Below, piece after piece: positions 29,808 through 38,898 of a DNA stretch of 64,000 nt. The translations under genes were made by a program, and so were the position numbers. Positions within the stretch are counted from its first letter, which is position 1, and the number at the start of each line of letters is the position of its first letter. The notes below the pieces were generated by a model. The model worked only from the letters and a program-made list of their open reading frames with translations. It was not told the DNA's origin and made no database searches. This DNA is from an uncultured Rickettsiales bacterium (GTDB lineage: Bacteria; Pseudomonadota; Alphaproteobacteria; Rickettsiales; SXRF01), in NCBI GenBank assembly GCA_964518725.1, contig CAZFKP010000015.1, positions 1,450-65,449 of the forward strand. Reading direction: 5' to 3'.

Positions 29808-30896
29808 ATGGCCGACGAAAACCAACCCGAAATGACCGACGATGAAAAGGCCGCCGCCGAGTGGGAGGCCTCGCTTGCCAATGAAGGTGGTGATGGCGCC
29901 GCCGCTGCGGGAGGGGATGCGGAAGAACAAGCGCGCATTCTCAACCAGGACGAGATAGACTCGCTGCTGGGGTTTGATACCGTTTCTGGTGGTGGCCAAG
30001 CGAAAGATGGCATTTTTGCCATCCTCGACAAATCGATGACGGCGTATGAAAAACTGCCGATGATCGAGGTGGTGTTCGACCGCCTCGTGCGCCAGCTTTC
30101 CACCAGCTTCCGCAATTTCACTTCGGAAAACGTTGAGGTCAGCCTCGATTCCATGACCAGTGTACGTTTCGAGGATTACCTGAATTCGATCCCCCTCCCC
30201 GCGTTGCTGGTTATTTTCCGTGCCGTCGAGTGGGAGAATTACGGCATGGTGATGGTCGATTCCGCACAAATCTACACTATCGTCGATATTCTTCTCGGTG
30301 GCCGTAAATCGAGCAAGAAAAATGTCCGCGTCGAAGGTCGCCCCTACACGATTATCGAACAGGATTTGGTGAAGCGCATGGTGGATATTCTGCTCGCCGA
30401 CCTTGGCGCGGCATTCGAGCCGATCTCTCCGGCTACCTTCACCTTCGACCGGCTGGAAACCAACCCGCGATTCGCCACTATCAGCCGTCCGGCAAACCCG
30501 GCGCTTCTGGTCAAGTTCCGCGTTGATATGCTGGAAGATCGTGGTGGGTTTATCGAGCTGCTCTTGCCGCACGCCACACTCGAACCCATCCGCGACCTCC
30601 TGCTGCAAATGTTCATGGGCGAGAATTTCGGCCAGGATACGGTATGGGAAAAACATCTCGGCAAGGAGCTCCGCAATGCTGCGGTTACTGTCGAGACGGT
30701 GTTGCCGGAAAAAACCATTACCCTGAAAGATGTGATGAGCTTTAAAGTGGGGAGCACACTGCTGCTCGACTGCAACCCGGAGGATGAGGTGATGCTGCGT
30801 TGCGGCGGAGTGCCAATTACTACTGGCGTATTAGGGAAAGTTGGTGATAATATCGCCGTATCGCTTACGGAAGATATTAAACGCAAACCAAAATAA
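29808..30896 (+). CDS. fliM: Flagellar motor switch protein FliM
   Basis: ILNQDEIDSLLGFD; YEKLPMIEVVFDRLVRQLSTSFRNFTSENVEVSLDSMTSVRFEDYLNSIPLPALLVIF. Confidence 0.97.
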   Translation: MADENQPEMTDDEKAAAEWEASLANEGGDGAAAAGGDAEEQARILNQDEIDSLLGFDTVSGGGQAKDGIFAILDKSMTAYEKLPMIEVVFDRLVRQLSTSFRNFTSENVEVSLDSMTSVRFEDYLNSIPLPALLVIFRAVEWENYGMVMVDSAQIYTIVDILLGGRKSSKKNVRVEGRPYTIIEQDLVKRMVDILLADLGAAFEPISPATFTFDRLETNPRFATISRPANPALLVKFRVDMLEDRGGFIELLLPHATLEPIRDLLLQMFMGENFGQDTVWEKHLGKELRNAAVTVETVLPEKTITLKDVMSFKVGSTLLLDCNPEDEVMLRCGGVPITTGVLGKVGDNIAVSLTEDIKRKPK

Positions 30897-30903
30897 CTAA
30901 CAA

Positions 30904-31515
30904 ATGACCGGTCTTATCGCCAACGTGCTTTTGAATGTGTTATTGGTCGGGCTGCTTGCGGCCACCATTATTTATTGCGTTATCCTCAACCGCCGTATCC
31001 AAACCTTGCAGGATAGCAAAAGCGAGCTTGCCACGCTGCTGATGCAATTTGACGAATCGACCATCCGTGCCTCGGAAACCATCGTCGCGATGCAAACGGC
31101 CAGCAAAAAAATCGGCGATAATATCCAGCTCAAGCTCGACAAAGCCAATTACCTGCTTGATGATTTGTCCTATGCCATCGAAAAAGGCACCCGGCTTTCC
31201 AGCCAGATTGAGGCGAGCTTCGCCGTTGGCCGTGCACGTAACAAAGCCATGACGGAAACCGCTCCCCATGTGAATGACCACACGTTGCACGTAACACCGG
31301 AAGACATGGAAGTGCCGCCGCCTGTCTCCGAAAAACACGCCTCCAAGCCATCCACGAAACGTCCGCCGGCTTCGATTGAGGCGTTGCTTGAAAAAGTGGT
31401 CAGCCGTAAGCAGCATATGCAGGAAACGGCAGCGAATGACCCCAAGGAACCCGCCGCTGGCCGCTCCCGCGCCGAGCAGGAACTGATCGACCTGATCCGC
31501 AGTAGCAAGGGGTAA
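30904..31515 (+). CDS. Uncharacterised membrane-anchored protein in fliM-motE block (DUF6468-like)
   Basis: Single N-terminal TM plus coiled coil; position between fliM and motE. Confidence 0.55.
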   Translation: MTGLIANVLLNVLLVGLLAATIIYCVILNRRIQTLQDSKSELATLLMQFDESTIRASETIVAMQTASKKIGDNIQLKLDKANYLLDDLSYAIEKGTRLSSQIEASFAVGRARNKAMTETAPHVNDHTLHVTPEDMEVPPPVSEKHASKPSTKRPPASIEALLEKVVSRKQHMQETAANDPKEPAAGRSRAEQELIDLIRSSKG

Positions 31516-31518
31516 GCC

Positions 31519-32292
31519 ATGTCACTACGTGTGCGTATCATTCCGCTGACGGTTGTCGTGGCCTCCCTGTTTATGATGGTGAAGATGGTTGACCTGATCC
31601 AGGGTGGGCAGCAACTTTCCGAGTCGTTGCTGATTGCGCGTGTGGGTGCAGAAACGGCTCCAGCTCCCGCGCCTGACGAAAAACCGGAAACAAAGAAAGA
31701 AGACGCGCCAGCAACAAAAGACGAGAAAAAAGAAGGGGAAAAGGAAGGCGATAAAAAAGAAGGCAAGGAGGAGAAAGAAGAGCCTAAAAAAGGCGAGAAC
31801 CCCAACGTGTCCGACACCACCGGTGATATTGCCGACCGTCGTTTTACGACGGTTGAGCTGGAGCTTCTGCAAAAACTCTCTAAACGTCGCGAAGAGCTTG
31901 CCAATTGGGAAGCCAACCTGCAGATCAAAGAAACCACGCTGGACGCGACGGAAAAACGCATCGATGATAAAATTCAGCAGGTAGAAGCCATGAAAAAGGC
32001 AGTGAGTGCCGCTCTTGCCGAATATAATAAAATTGAGGATACCGAGCTTACAAGCCTTGTAAAAATTTATGAGAACATGAAGCCGGGCGATGCGGCGCGC
32101 ATTTTTGACGAGTTGGAACGCCCAATCCTGCTGTTGATCGTGGATCGCATGTCGGAGAAAAAAGCCGCTCCGATCCTCGCCGCAATGGATCCTAAACGTG
32201 CCAAGCTGGTGACGGTTGATCTTGCCGAACAGCGCCGTCTAAAAAATAACAGCATGAGCGCCGCTTCCGCCATGGCCGATAAGAAGCCGTAG
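31519..32292 (+). CDS. motE: MotE-like / MgtE intracellular N-domain flagellar protein
   Basis: TM, highly charged linker, YENMKPGDAARIFDELERPILLLIVDRMSEKKAAPILAAMDPKRAKLVT. Confidence 0.8.
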   Translation: MSLRVRIIPLTVVVASLFMMVKMVDLIQGGQQLSESLLIARVGAETAPAPAPDEKPETKKEDAPATKDEKKEGEKEGDKKEGKEEKEEPKKGENPNVSDTTGDIADRRFTTVELELLQKLSKRREELANWEANLQIKETTLDATEKRIDDKIQQVEAMKKAVSAALAEYNKIEDTELTSLVKIYENMKPGDAARIFDELERPILLLIVDRMSEKKAAPILAAMDPKRAKLVTVDLAEQRRLKNNSMSAASAMADKKP

Positions 32293-32312
32293 GCGATGAG
32301 TGTGAGGCACGC

Positions 32313-33668
32313 GTGATTCACCCAGAAATTTTCCGTGAGTACGATATCCGTGGCGTGACCACGGATAATTTTACCGGTGAGGTGGTCGCCGCAATCGCGC
32401 GCGCCTTCGCCGGAAAAGCCGGCGGTACGGTGGTCATTGCCCGCGACGGCAGGTTATCCTCACCGGCACTCGCTAAAGCATTGGCGGCCGGTTTGCGTGA
32501 CGGCGGCTGCGATGTGGTCGATATCGGCCTCGCCCCAACCCCGATGCTGTATTACGCCACCACCACGCTCAACGCCGCAGGCGGCGTCATGCTTACCGGT
32601 TCGCATAACCCGCCCGACCATAACGGCATGAAATTCATGCTGCACGGAAAAGCCTTTTATGGCGCGCAGATCCAGCAGTTACGGGAAATTGCCGAACAGG
32701 CAAACGCCGGTGCCGGCGCGAGCATGGGCAACTATTCTGAACTCACTATCCAGCGCGAATATCTTCACGCGCTACATGAAGCCTATGATGGCACCCGTGA
32801 TCTGAAAGTAGCATGGGACGCAGGTAATGGTGCTACCGGTGAGGTGATGGCAGCACTCTGCGCTACCCTGCCCGGCACGCACATCACCTTAAACGAAACA
32901 ATCGACGGCACCTTCCCAGCGCATCATCCCGACCCCACCATCCCCAAAAATCTTGTGCAATTGATAGATAGGGTCAGGAAAGAACAATGCGACCTTGGGA
33001 TTGCCTTTGATGGCGATGGCGACCGCATCGGCGTGGTGGATAATGAAGGCGAAATCCTCTGGGGCGACCAGCTATTGATGCTGTATGCCGCCGATATCCT
33101 GAAAAAACTCCCGGGTGCCACCATCATTGCCGATGTGAAAGCGTCCGGCGCCTTGTTCGACGAGGTGAAACGCCTGGGTGGCGTACCGCTAATGTGGAAA
33201 ACCGGACATTCGTTGATTAAATCCAAAATGGCGGAAACGAAAGCGCCGCTGGCCGGTGAAATGAGCGGCCATATTTTCTTCGCCGATAAATATTACGGGT
33301 TTGACGATGCGCTCTATGCCGCGGTGCGCCTGATCGGCGTGCTGTCACGCAGCGGTAAGACACTCTCCGAGTTGCGCGATGCCTTGCCCAAGCGGATCAA
33401 TACCCCGGAAATCCGCTTTGCCTGTGATGATACGCGGAAATTTGATGTCATCAGCGAAGTCAAATCCAGGCTCAAGGCGGCGGGCGCCGATTTTTCAGAT
33501 GTGGACGGCGTGCGGGTGAACACACCCGACGGCTGGTGGCTGCTGCGCGCCTCCAACACCCAGCCGATGCTGGTGGCGCGTTGCGAAGCTCAGGATTTCT
33601 CAGGTTTAGCGGCACTGAAACAAGACTTGCAGAAGGAACTCGCATTCAGTAATGTCGCCCTTCCCTAG
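32313..33668 (+). CDS. Phosphomannomutase/phosphoglucomutase
   Basis: EYDIRGV, ARDGRLSSPAL, MLTGSHNPPDHNGMK, FDGDGDRIGVVD. Confidence 0.94.
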   Translation: MIHPEIFREYDIRGVTTDNFTGEVVAAIARAFAGKAGGTVVIARDGRLSSPALAKALAAGLRDGGCDVVDIGLAPTPMLYYATTTLNAAGGVMLTGSHNPPDHNGMKFMLHGKAFYGAQIQQLREIAEQANAGAGASMGNYSELTIQREYLHALHEAYDGTRDLKVAWDAGNGATGEVMAALCATLPGTHITLNETIDGTFPAHHPDPTIPKNLVQLIDRVRKEQCDLGIAFDGDGDRIGVVDNEGEILWGDQLLMLYAADILKKLPGATIIADVKASGALFDEVKRLGGVPLMWKTGHSLIKSKMAETKAPLAGEMSGHIFFADKYYGFDDALYAAVRLIGVLSRSGKTLSELRDALPKRINTPEIRFACDDTRKFDVISEVKSRLKAAGADFSDVDGVRVNTPDGWWLLRASNTQPMLVARCEAQDFSGLAALKQDLQKELAFSNVALP

Positions 33669-33754
33669 GTCTTAAGCTGCCTCCGTTCGCGCCTGCTGGC
33701 GCTCACATGAGGCCTCGCTCAAGGCTGGCGCGGCCTGCTTGCCGCGCTTTATTT

Positions 33755-33789
33755 GATTTCAGGCGCAGAACCGCTTCAAGCCTGAAATC
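33755..33789. repeat. Perfect 10-bp inverted repeat downstream of phosphomannomutase gene
   Basis: gatttcaggc-(15 nt)-gcctgaaatc. Confidence 0.75.
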
Positions 33790-33803
33790 GGCAATATGAA
33801 GCG

Positions 33804-33840
33804 CTTAAAAGTACACTGAGCGAAGCGAAGAACTTTTAAG
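33804..33840. repeat. Perfect 9-bp inverted repeat upstream of tRNA-Pro
   Basis: cttaaaagt-(19 nt)-acttttaag. Confidence 0.7.
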
Positions 33841-33851
33841 TGAATTAGTGT

Positions 33852-33928
33852 CGGAGTGTGGCGCAGCCCGGTAGCGCACTTGCATGGGGTGCAAGGGGTC
33901 GAAGGTTCGAATCCTTTCACTCCGACCA
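33852..33928 (+). tRNA. tRNA-Pro(GGG), CCA encoded
   Basis: CGGAGTG ... CTTGC ATGGGGT GCAAG ... GAAGGTTCGAATCCTTT CACTCCG A CCA; cloverleaf folds. Confidence 0.95.
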
Positions 33929-33938
33929 TTTTAATCTG

Positions 33939-33978
33939 AACCGCCGCAGGTTCTGAACCTGCCTCAAAACGTGCGGTT
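33939..33978. repeat. Nested stem-loop just 3' of tRNA-Pro
   Basis: AACCGC c GCAGGTT ctg AACCTGC ctcaaaacgt GCGGTT: inner 7-bp and outer 6-bp perfect arms. Confidence 0.75.
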
Positions 33979-34068
33979 CTGAAATCCCAATGTTTGACCT
34001 CCCCCAAATTAAGAGTATTGTTTCACCTAGTGTTTTTAGGTTCGAATCCTGTGAGGAGGGGTTGTTAT

Positions 34069-34974
34069 ATGTCTGTAAATACTTACGCATTCGAATGTAA
34101 AATCAATACACTTGCTTCATGCGTCGGAAAAATGCCTCTGAATTCTAATTCTTTTGAATTTGAGGGGATAAAATTTGCTCACTGGGAATTTAACTTTGCC
34201 GAAGGATGGAAACCAGGGGGGTGGCTTGTTACAGGCAAGACTCAAGCAGGCACATTTCATGAAGCACGCATAGCGTTGTGGCATAAATTAAATGATTTGA
34301 TTCCGAAAATTGCCATGATTTCGCAGTGCTACACTGAGTATTTGCAGGAACCATTTATTATCCATCGATTAGACACCGATGTTGCTTTGTTTTACTACTC
34401 GAAAGCAACAAGTGGTGTCCCATTACATTTTGATGAAGAATCACAAGAAGCACTTGCTCTTTTGGCAAATAAAGAACTTTCCAATGAGTTTTATTATTAC
34501 TGGAACGATATGCTCAATAACACGGGTTATCCTGCAAAGATTTTGCTAATTTGCTCAGCTTTAGAAGCATTAGGAAAAGCATTGGGAAAAGACAAGGGCG
34601 CATTTAGAAAAGAAGTTCTTGGTGATGTTCTGAGTAAAAAAGTCTTTGAAAAGGACAACCAAGGCATCAGACACAGACTGACTCATGGAGAGTATTTTTC
34701 GCCAAAAGATGCGGGAGAAGATTACCTTACTCAAATCTACGAAAAGATAATTCAATATTTTAATGATGTGATATTAAAGAAGCACCTCATCAGAAACGTG
34801 GTCAATCCGCAGCGACATCCATGGGGAAATAAAAAAGCAGGCTATTACTATTTAAAAAAGAAACCTGAGGATTTGTTCTCTCTTAAAGAGATGCTTGATG
34901 CTTTTGATAAAGATTTTGATGGATCTATTGCGAAGTTTGAGATGCTCACCCGCGATGAAGCAGAAAACTCATAA
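34069..34974 (+). CDS. Uncharacterised AT-rich accessory gene, possible C-terminal HEPN-like domain
   Basis: MSVNTYAFECK... ; ILLICSALEALGKALG...KKVFEKDNQGIRHRLTHGEYF contains an RHxxxH motif (RX4H) in a helical context typical of HEPN proteins; visibly lower GC than neighbours. Confidence 0.5.
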   Translation: MSVNTYAFECKINTLASCVGKMPLNSNSFEFEGIKFAHWEFNFAEGWKPGGWLVTGKTQAGTFHEARIALWHKLNDLIPKIAMISQCYTEYLQEPFIIHRLDTDVALFYYSKATSGVPLHFDEESQEALALLANKELSNEFYYYWNDMLNNTGYPAKILLICSALEALGKALGKDKGAFRKEVLGDVLSKKVFEKDNQGIRHRLTHGEYFSPKDAGEDYLTQIYEKIIQYFNDVILKKHLIRNVVNPQRHPWGNKKAGYYYLKKKPEDLFSLKEMLDAFDKDFDGSIAKFEMLTRDEAENS

Positions 34975-35159
34975 CATCTACATGATGTATAGCACTATAC
35001 CTCTCGTAATACTAAGTATTCCATATCAGAAGTTACCCTCTCCACCATCTGCGGAATGTGCATATACTTCTTTGCAATCCACATCTGTAAAATCAATAGC
35101 CTACGCTCATGGCAGGTTCTGAACCCGTCCACGAGGGTCGACCATTAAACTAAATTACT

Positions 35160-36305
35160 TTAGTCGCCATAGGGTGGGGAGTGCCTTCCTGCCGCAGGAT
35201 TGATTGGGGATCTTGGCGCTACTGCAGCAGTGTGGTGGCCTACTATGGATGCTGGGGCAGGCGCCCATTTTGCCGCTGTCATCTGTTCTTTTGAACACAA
35301 TTTTACCGAATTCAGGAAATGGTGAATGTCATCAAAATGCACTGCGGCAGCGGTTGCGCGTCCACCACCGTCCCTGGCAATAGTAGTTTTTAGGTACTTT
35401 GCGATTTCACCGACATCCGGTACTCCATTTGAACGCAAGGAAAGCGATACGCCTGCATCACCATTGACATTCCAGATTCCAACGACATCATACCCCTCCG
35501 CCGCTTTAAGGAATGCCTGATCAATGCGCCGGTTATATTGCAGGACGTTGGCGTTGATAAGGGGAACCCACATCGGCGGCATGCCAGGAAGCAATTCCAG
35601 ACTGGCATAGGTCATCGAATTCTTGAGAGCTTTCTGTATCTGACTGAATTGTCCGGCAATCATGGAATTGCCACTCGCAACCATTTCGCTATCTTTTAAA
35701 TTAATGAGGTAATCGATTGCCTGAAACGCCATCTCCGGAGTTGAGATATCCTCCCCGTCGATCAGCGCCGCCCTTGCCCATTCATCATCGGCTTCAAGGC
35801 TGTCCGCCTCCATTTTTCCTATCCAGTTAAATAGGTCTGGAGCTAGTTTGCCAGGATTAAAATGTTCCCATGCCAGCAAAGCCGCCGCAGGTTTTTTGGA
35901 ATCCAATATCAGGTCAAGATTCGGTTTGGGAGAGGTTTGCGTCTCGCCCGTGCCAGCGTCCTGCCTATGGGTATTTGCATAGTTCTGAAGGCGCCGAATT
36001 TCGGATGAATGGTGATCCACAATGGTAATGGTAGCGATGTTTGGGCGACCATCGGTAGGGCGGAATAATAAATCCAATGTTTGATTGTCAGGTGCTGTAT
36101 CAAGAAAAATGATGCGGCCGCCTGAATTTAAATGAGCACAATTTTGTAGAATCTTATCTTGCCTAAACAAATCATAACCAACCGGCACATATCGAACTTT
36201 TTCTCCAAGCCCATCATCATTTAATGATTCATTGAATGCCCACGCGGCGGCGGCGCCATCAATATCGTCGTCGTAAAATACAAGGATGTCTGTTGGTTCG
36301 CTCAT
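35160..36305 (-). CDS. DHH-family phosphoesterase
   Basis: DILVFYDDDIDGAAAAWAF, IIFLDTAPDNQTLDLL, TIVDHHSSE, C-terminal DGGGRATAAAVHF (DHHA1-like). Confidence 0.82.
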   Translation of the reverse strand: MSEPTDILVFYDDDIDGAAAAWAFNESLNDDGLGEKVRYVPVGYDLFRQDKILQNCAHLNSGGRIIFLDTAPDNQTLDLLFRPTDGRPNIATITIVDHHSSEIRRLQNYANTHRQDAGTGETQTSPKPNLDLILDSKKPAAALLAWEHFNPGKLAPDLFNWIGKMEADSLEADDEWARAALIDGEDISTPEMAFQAIDYLINLKDSEMVASGNSMIAGQFSQIQKALKNSMTYASLELLPGMPPMWVPLINANVLQYNRRIDQAFLKAAEGYDVVGIWNVNGDAGVSLSLRSNGVPDVGEIAKYLKTTIARDGGGRATAAAVHFDDIHHFLNSVKLCSKEQMTAAKWAPAPASIVGHHTAAVAPRSPINPAAGRHSPPYGD

Positions 36306-36478
36306 ACGGCCACTTTGATTAACGTTCATTCAGGCTATCAGCAGAAATTAAATAATACGTAAAATTGTGGCTTATGTCCATCCTGTTGGAAATAATGGTG
36401 ATTCTACTATATCTAGCTGGCCATGGTCGTTAAACAGCAGAGAACAACATGATTTGGTGTGGTTTGGACGACACGCGC

Positions 36479-36745
36479 CTAGTAAACCAGCCGTTCGACC
36501 AGTATTTTCTCACACGCTTTAAAAATGATATAGAACACGGTCGCGGCCATGCCGTAAGCGATTAGCTCCAGCAGCTGCATCACGGCGCCTTCCCGCAGCG
36601 CATCTCCGCCATATTGAGAAATAAAATCGAAATTCGCATGAAACACCGTGAAAAGATTGACTGAGCAAAGCCCAAACGCCAGCGCACTCAGGCACATTAT
36701 CGTGAAGGTCACTAGCCAATGGCACTTAAGGATTTTCTTGATCAT
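36479..36745 (-). CDS. Small hydrophobic protein, unknown function
   Basis: Two predicted TM segments; no recognised family. Confidence 0.45.
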   Translation of the reverse strand: MIKKILKCHWLVTFTIMCLSALAFGLCSVNLFTVFHANFDFISQYGGDALREGAVMQLLELIAYGMAATVFYIIFKACEKILVERLVY

Positions 36746-36830
36746 GCACGCCTAGCTAGGATGGTTTTGTGCACGCTGTCAAGCCACTCGGATAGACAGC
36801 CGTCAAAATACGTGGGAAGGTTACTTATCT

Positions 36831-37430
36831 TTAAGTAGCCCGAATTAGTACATAACCCCTTGGGGTGGAAATCGGTTCGATCTGCAGGGTAAAAATATGT
36901 GGCCTGTTATCTGCACCCGCCTTCATGGTAATAGGAAAGCTGCACGCACTTTCCGCTACTAGCGTCGCCGCCAGCTTTTCCCACTCACTATGGGGGACAC
37001 TCTGCATATTGCACAACGTGGCTGTATTGAGCGATGGCTGTGAAAGAAACCCGGGGAACATATCCTGAAATTGCCGGTTGAGGTAAACAATCTCACCATC
37101 GTAGCGCGCAATAAAACAGAAGCGATAATCTTTGCTGATTACCGAAGAAAAAGCAGCGTTGATAAATTCGGATGATAGCTGATTGCGATTGATAAGCTGA
37201 AGTTGCTTGCTGATAAAAAACATCATGATGCCGGAAACAAAGCAAATATAGAATCCGGTGAGCATATCGTAATACAGTACCCCGACAATCGCCAGGATCA
37301 CCACGGATAACACCATGAAGAAATGTGATAAAAGATTTGCTGGCGTATGCCTGCGAACGATAAAGCCGCTGTGTTTTACATCCAGATATTGATTTCTGTC
37401 GGCGGTGCGGAAATAGGCTTCTGACTGCAT
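36831..37430 (-). CDS. Membrane-anchored PAS-like protein, paralogue of the CckA N-terminal ORF at 55688
   Basis: SSEFINAAFSSVISKDYRFCFIARYDGEIVYLNRQFQDMFPGF aligns with VTEFQNALFASAMGLHNKFCLIIKRDGSIIYLDRSFQNLFPDF. Confidence 0.7.
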   Translation of the reverse strand: MQSEAYFRTADRNQYLDVKHSGFIVRRHTPANLLSHFFMVLSVVILAIVGVLYYDMLTGFYICFVSGIMMFFISKQLQLINRNQLSSEFINAAFSSVISKDYRFCFIARYDGEIVYLNRQFQDMFPGFLSQPSLNTATLCNMQSVPHSEWEKLAATLVAESACSFPITMKAGADNRPHIFTLQIEPISTPRGYVLIRAT

Positions 37431-37502
37431 GATGCGCCTCGCTGTGTGAGATTATATTGTGTCTCAATTATAATGTTGACTGATTAATATATCATTAAGT
37501 GG

Positions 37503-38363
37503 TCACCCTAAGAATCTTGATTTATCAGCAGGATAGACCCCAAGAACTGTCACCTTTTTACAATAAAAACTCAATTCTTCCAATGCGCGCTGTACATTTC
37601 TTTCTTGTGGGTGCCCCTCGAAACTCAGGAAGAACTGCGCGGCTTCATTCTTCATTCCGCCGGGTATATAGCTTTCAAGCTTCACCACATTCACCCCGTT
37701 AGTTGCGAAACCGCCAAGGGATTTATACAGTGCCGCTGGGATATTGCGGATGGTGTAAAGCAAGGTGGTAATCACCTTTTCTTTCGTTGGGTCGGGATCC
37801 ACCGGCTCGCGTGCGATGATGACGAAGACGGTGGTGTTGTCATCCGAATCCTGCAAATGTTCTTTCAACACCGTAAGCCCGTATAGTTCAGCCGCCAGCG
37901 GCGACGCAATGGCGGCCTTGCTGGTGTCGTTCCATGTAGCGACATCCTTGGCGGCGGTCGCCGTGTTGGAATAGGTGTGGGTAGAGATTTTCATCTCGCG
38001 TAGATGTTCCCGACATTGCATCAGCGCCTGTGGATGTGAATAGACATCCTTGACGGATGCAAGCGTCGCTCCCTTCGGCGCCATCAACTGGTGCTCGATA
38101 TGCTGGTAGAATTCGCCAACAATGTGGAGGTTGGTGCGCGGGATGAGGTTATGGATCTCAGCCACTCTGCCCGCCTGGGAATTTTCAATCGGGATCATGC
38201 CAAGGCGTGCCCTGCCAGTGGCCACGGCATCGAACACATCCTCGAAGCTGGGGCACGCCAGCGTCTGCATGTAAGGCTGCGTCTGGCGGCAAGCCAGGTC
38301 GGCATTGGCGCCTTCAACGCCCATGAAGGCGATGGTGTTGGCAGGATCGAGGGTGGTGGTCAT
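37503..38363 (-). CDS. pheA: Prephenate dehydratase (monofunctional, with ACT domain)
   Basis: IAFMGVEGANADLACRQ, GMIPIENSQAGRVAEIH, YSHPQALMQCREHL, NDTSKAAIASPLAAELYGL, ESYIPGGMKNEAAQFFLSFEGH. Confidence 0.93.
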   Translation of the reverse strand: MTTTLDPANTIAFMGVEGANADLACRQTQPYMQTLACPSFEDVFDAVATGRARLGMIPIENSQAGRVAEIHNLIPRTNLHIVGEFYQHIEHQLMAPKGATLASVKDVYSHPQALMQCREHLREMKISTHTYSNTATAAKDVATWNDTSKAAIASPLAAELYGLTVLKEHLQDSDDNTTVFVIIAREPVDPDPTKEKVITTLLYTIRNIPAALYKSLGGFATNGVNVVKLESYIPGGMKNEAAQFFLSFEGHPQERNVQRALEELSFYCKKVTVLGVYPADKSRFLG

Positions 38364-38399
38364 ATAATGTACTTTTTATCTCAACAGTGGTTGGCGTTT

Positions 38400-38834
38400 T
38401 TATTTTCTAGTAGGGGTGTCACCCGGCACTTCTTGTCTGACTTCTTCAACAAAATCCTCCCATGTTTGGTGATTTGCCCCATCCACCGTTGGGTATTTAA
38501 GGTGTCCCCCGACAAGGTCATTACCAGGCGGCGTGTAAGGTTCGATAGGTCCATAGAGGAATTCCCCTTCCGTTCCACTAATTTTGCTGCCAAGCGCATC
38601 GAGGTCATCCGGGTTATAGCGCCATCTGCCGCGATCGCTGAATCGACGAATATGCCCCTCTTCACTCAGACGTTCTAGTGTTTTGCCACTTATTCCCAGA
38701 TACCTCGCGGCATCTTCCGTTTCACGATAGTGTTTTCCTGGAGGGGGAGTTTGATCCAACCAATTATGATTTTTATCTTTGCTCATATTTACCCCTACAA
38801 AACGCAGCATTTGCTTGATTTTTTCAGCCGACAT
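38400..38834 (-). CDS. Helix-turn-helix (MerR/excisionase-like) DNA-binding protein
   Basis: YRETEDAARYLGISGKTLERLSEEGHIRRFSDRGRWRYNPDDLDALGS: HTH_17-like helix plus wing. Confidence 0.7.
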   Translation of the reverse strand: MSAEKIKQMLRFVGVNMSKDKNHNWLDQTPPPGKHYRETEDAARYLGISGKTLERLSEEGHIRRFSDRGRWRYNPDDLDALGSKISGTEGEFLYGPIEPYTPPGNDLVGGHLKYPTVDGANHQTWEDFVEEVRQEVPGDTPTRK

Positions 38835-38898
38835 ACTTATCTATATGGTTCTAAAAAACAAGCAATTTTGCACAAAAATGTGAAAGAATGAAGGCTCA

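Noticed and set aside
33985-34060. Possible complete but degenerate tRNA (cctcccc ... taggttcgaatcctgt gaggagg)
   Set aside because: Acceptor arms pair 6/7 and the T-loop looks right, but no credible D-arm or anticodon arm; treated only as T-arm-like debris.
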